In this document: positions 63,316 to 64,000 of the stretch, piece by piece | Layout: each line of letters begins with the position of its first letter | How positions within the stretch are numbered: position 1 is the first letter of the stretch | From: Azolla caroliniana | Taxonomy: Eukaryota > Plantae > Polypodiophyta | Assembly: GCA_043228905.1 (NCBI GenBank) | Contig: JBHGNT010000008.1 | Span: 14,384,001 to 14,448,000 of the forward strand | Length of the DNA: 64,000 bases | Direction: 5' to 3' | The notes under the pieces: generated by a model | Told to the model about the DNA's origin: nothing | Databases searched by the model: none | What the model saw: the letters and a program-made list of their open reading frames with translations, nothing else | Position numbers and translations under genes: made by a program

Positions 63316-64000
63316 TCATGCTGGTTTTGTGAAGTTCTTCTTGTGATCACACAGTAGGGAATCATAAGTACTCATACAACTCTTCGAGAAAGTTGTTATA
63401 GCATCTAGAACTTTCGGTAGGCCCTTTTGGAGACAACCTAGCATCATCACGCTATTCTCTTCACACAATTTCTTATGCCGTTCTTTTTCCACTTGGAGTT
63501 CTTTCACAAGTAGGTTAACTATAGCTTTTCTCTCTTCAAGAGGATCTCGATTCTCATGTGAAACCCCATTCTCTTGTCTACTTTTGTCATGCAAAGTATT
63601 CACATATGACTCCAGAGCTTGATTCTTCTTTTCAAAATCCTTTTGAAGCTCATTAATCCTCTTTTGAGCTTCCATTTCATACCCTTGTTTTATGAACATT
63701 TCATGCAAAATTTCAACAAAATCTTTAAGCTCAACTATCACTTTATCAGACGGCAACTCTTTTAGCTTACCACTCCATGATTTGCAAAGCTCCAATAGAG
63801 GAGCTACAACCTCCGATGATCCCAATACATCATTCTCGTTTTGTCCTCGTAACCACTCTACCATCGATTCCATCCATTCTTTTTGTGATTTCACCATAGT
63901 TTCCAAATTATTGCACAACTTTGCTATCTCATTTTTCAAATCACGAGTTAGCCTCTCAGAGAAATTGCCTCTTTCCTGGTTATTCAGGACTGTTTCAGGT
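63316..64000 (-). CDS. C-terminal coding exon of a DUF632-domain (DUF630/DUF632, NRG2/APSR1-like) protein; open to the window edge
   Basis: QKEW..WL, LC..W...L..LP...V...K.F...LH.....Q..E and LQ.GLP.V..A...FS motifs typical of DUF632; the frame stays open from 63999 to the stop at 63316. Confidence 0.75.
   Translation of the reverse strand, partial: PETVLNNQERGNFSERLTRDLKNEIAKLCNNLETMVKSQKEWMESMVEWLRGQNENDVLGSSEVVAPLLELCKSWSGKLKELPSDKVIVELKDFVEILHEMFIKQGYEMEAQKRINELQKDFEKKNQALESYVNTLHDKSRQENGVSHENRDPLEERKAIVNLLVKELQVEKERHKKLCEENSVMMLGCLQKGLPKVLDAITTFSKSCMSTYDSLLCDHKKNFTKPA

Overview
Plant-type nuclear DNA (TTTAGGG motifs, iMet/Trp/Arg primer sites; the element types suggest a non-seed land plant, which is inference). 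About 61 kb is a nest of LTR retrotransposons, with one host coding exon (DUF632 family, minus strand) at the right edge. Resolved elements: three copies of a tRNA-Trp-primed Ty3/gypsy family; a Tnt1/Tork-like copia carrying a 515-bp TIR element with telomere-like repeats; two copies (A 11145-21184, B 27001-37083) of a non-chromovirus gypsy with a large extra 3' ORF; a chromovirus-like gypsy that hosts several insertions; a solo LTR; and several copies or fragments of a second copia family. Main result: both copies of the extra-ORF gypsy lack a polypurine tract. In its place, 2 nt before the 3' LTR, lies a sense copy of a tRNA 3' end (T-arm to CCA) interrupted by a small hairpin. This is a second, inverted primer-binding site and suggests tRNA priming of both DNA strands. 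The Trp family shows 4-bp CCGT target duplications, a conserved -1 frameshift signal between protease and RT, and a covarying hairpin next to the PPT. All analysis was by eye; tRNA and family assignments are from memory and need database confirmation.
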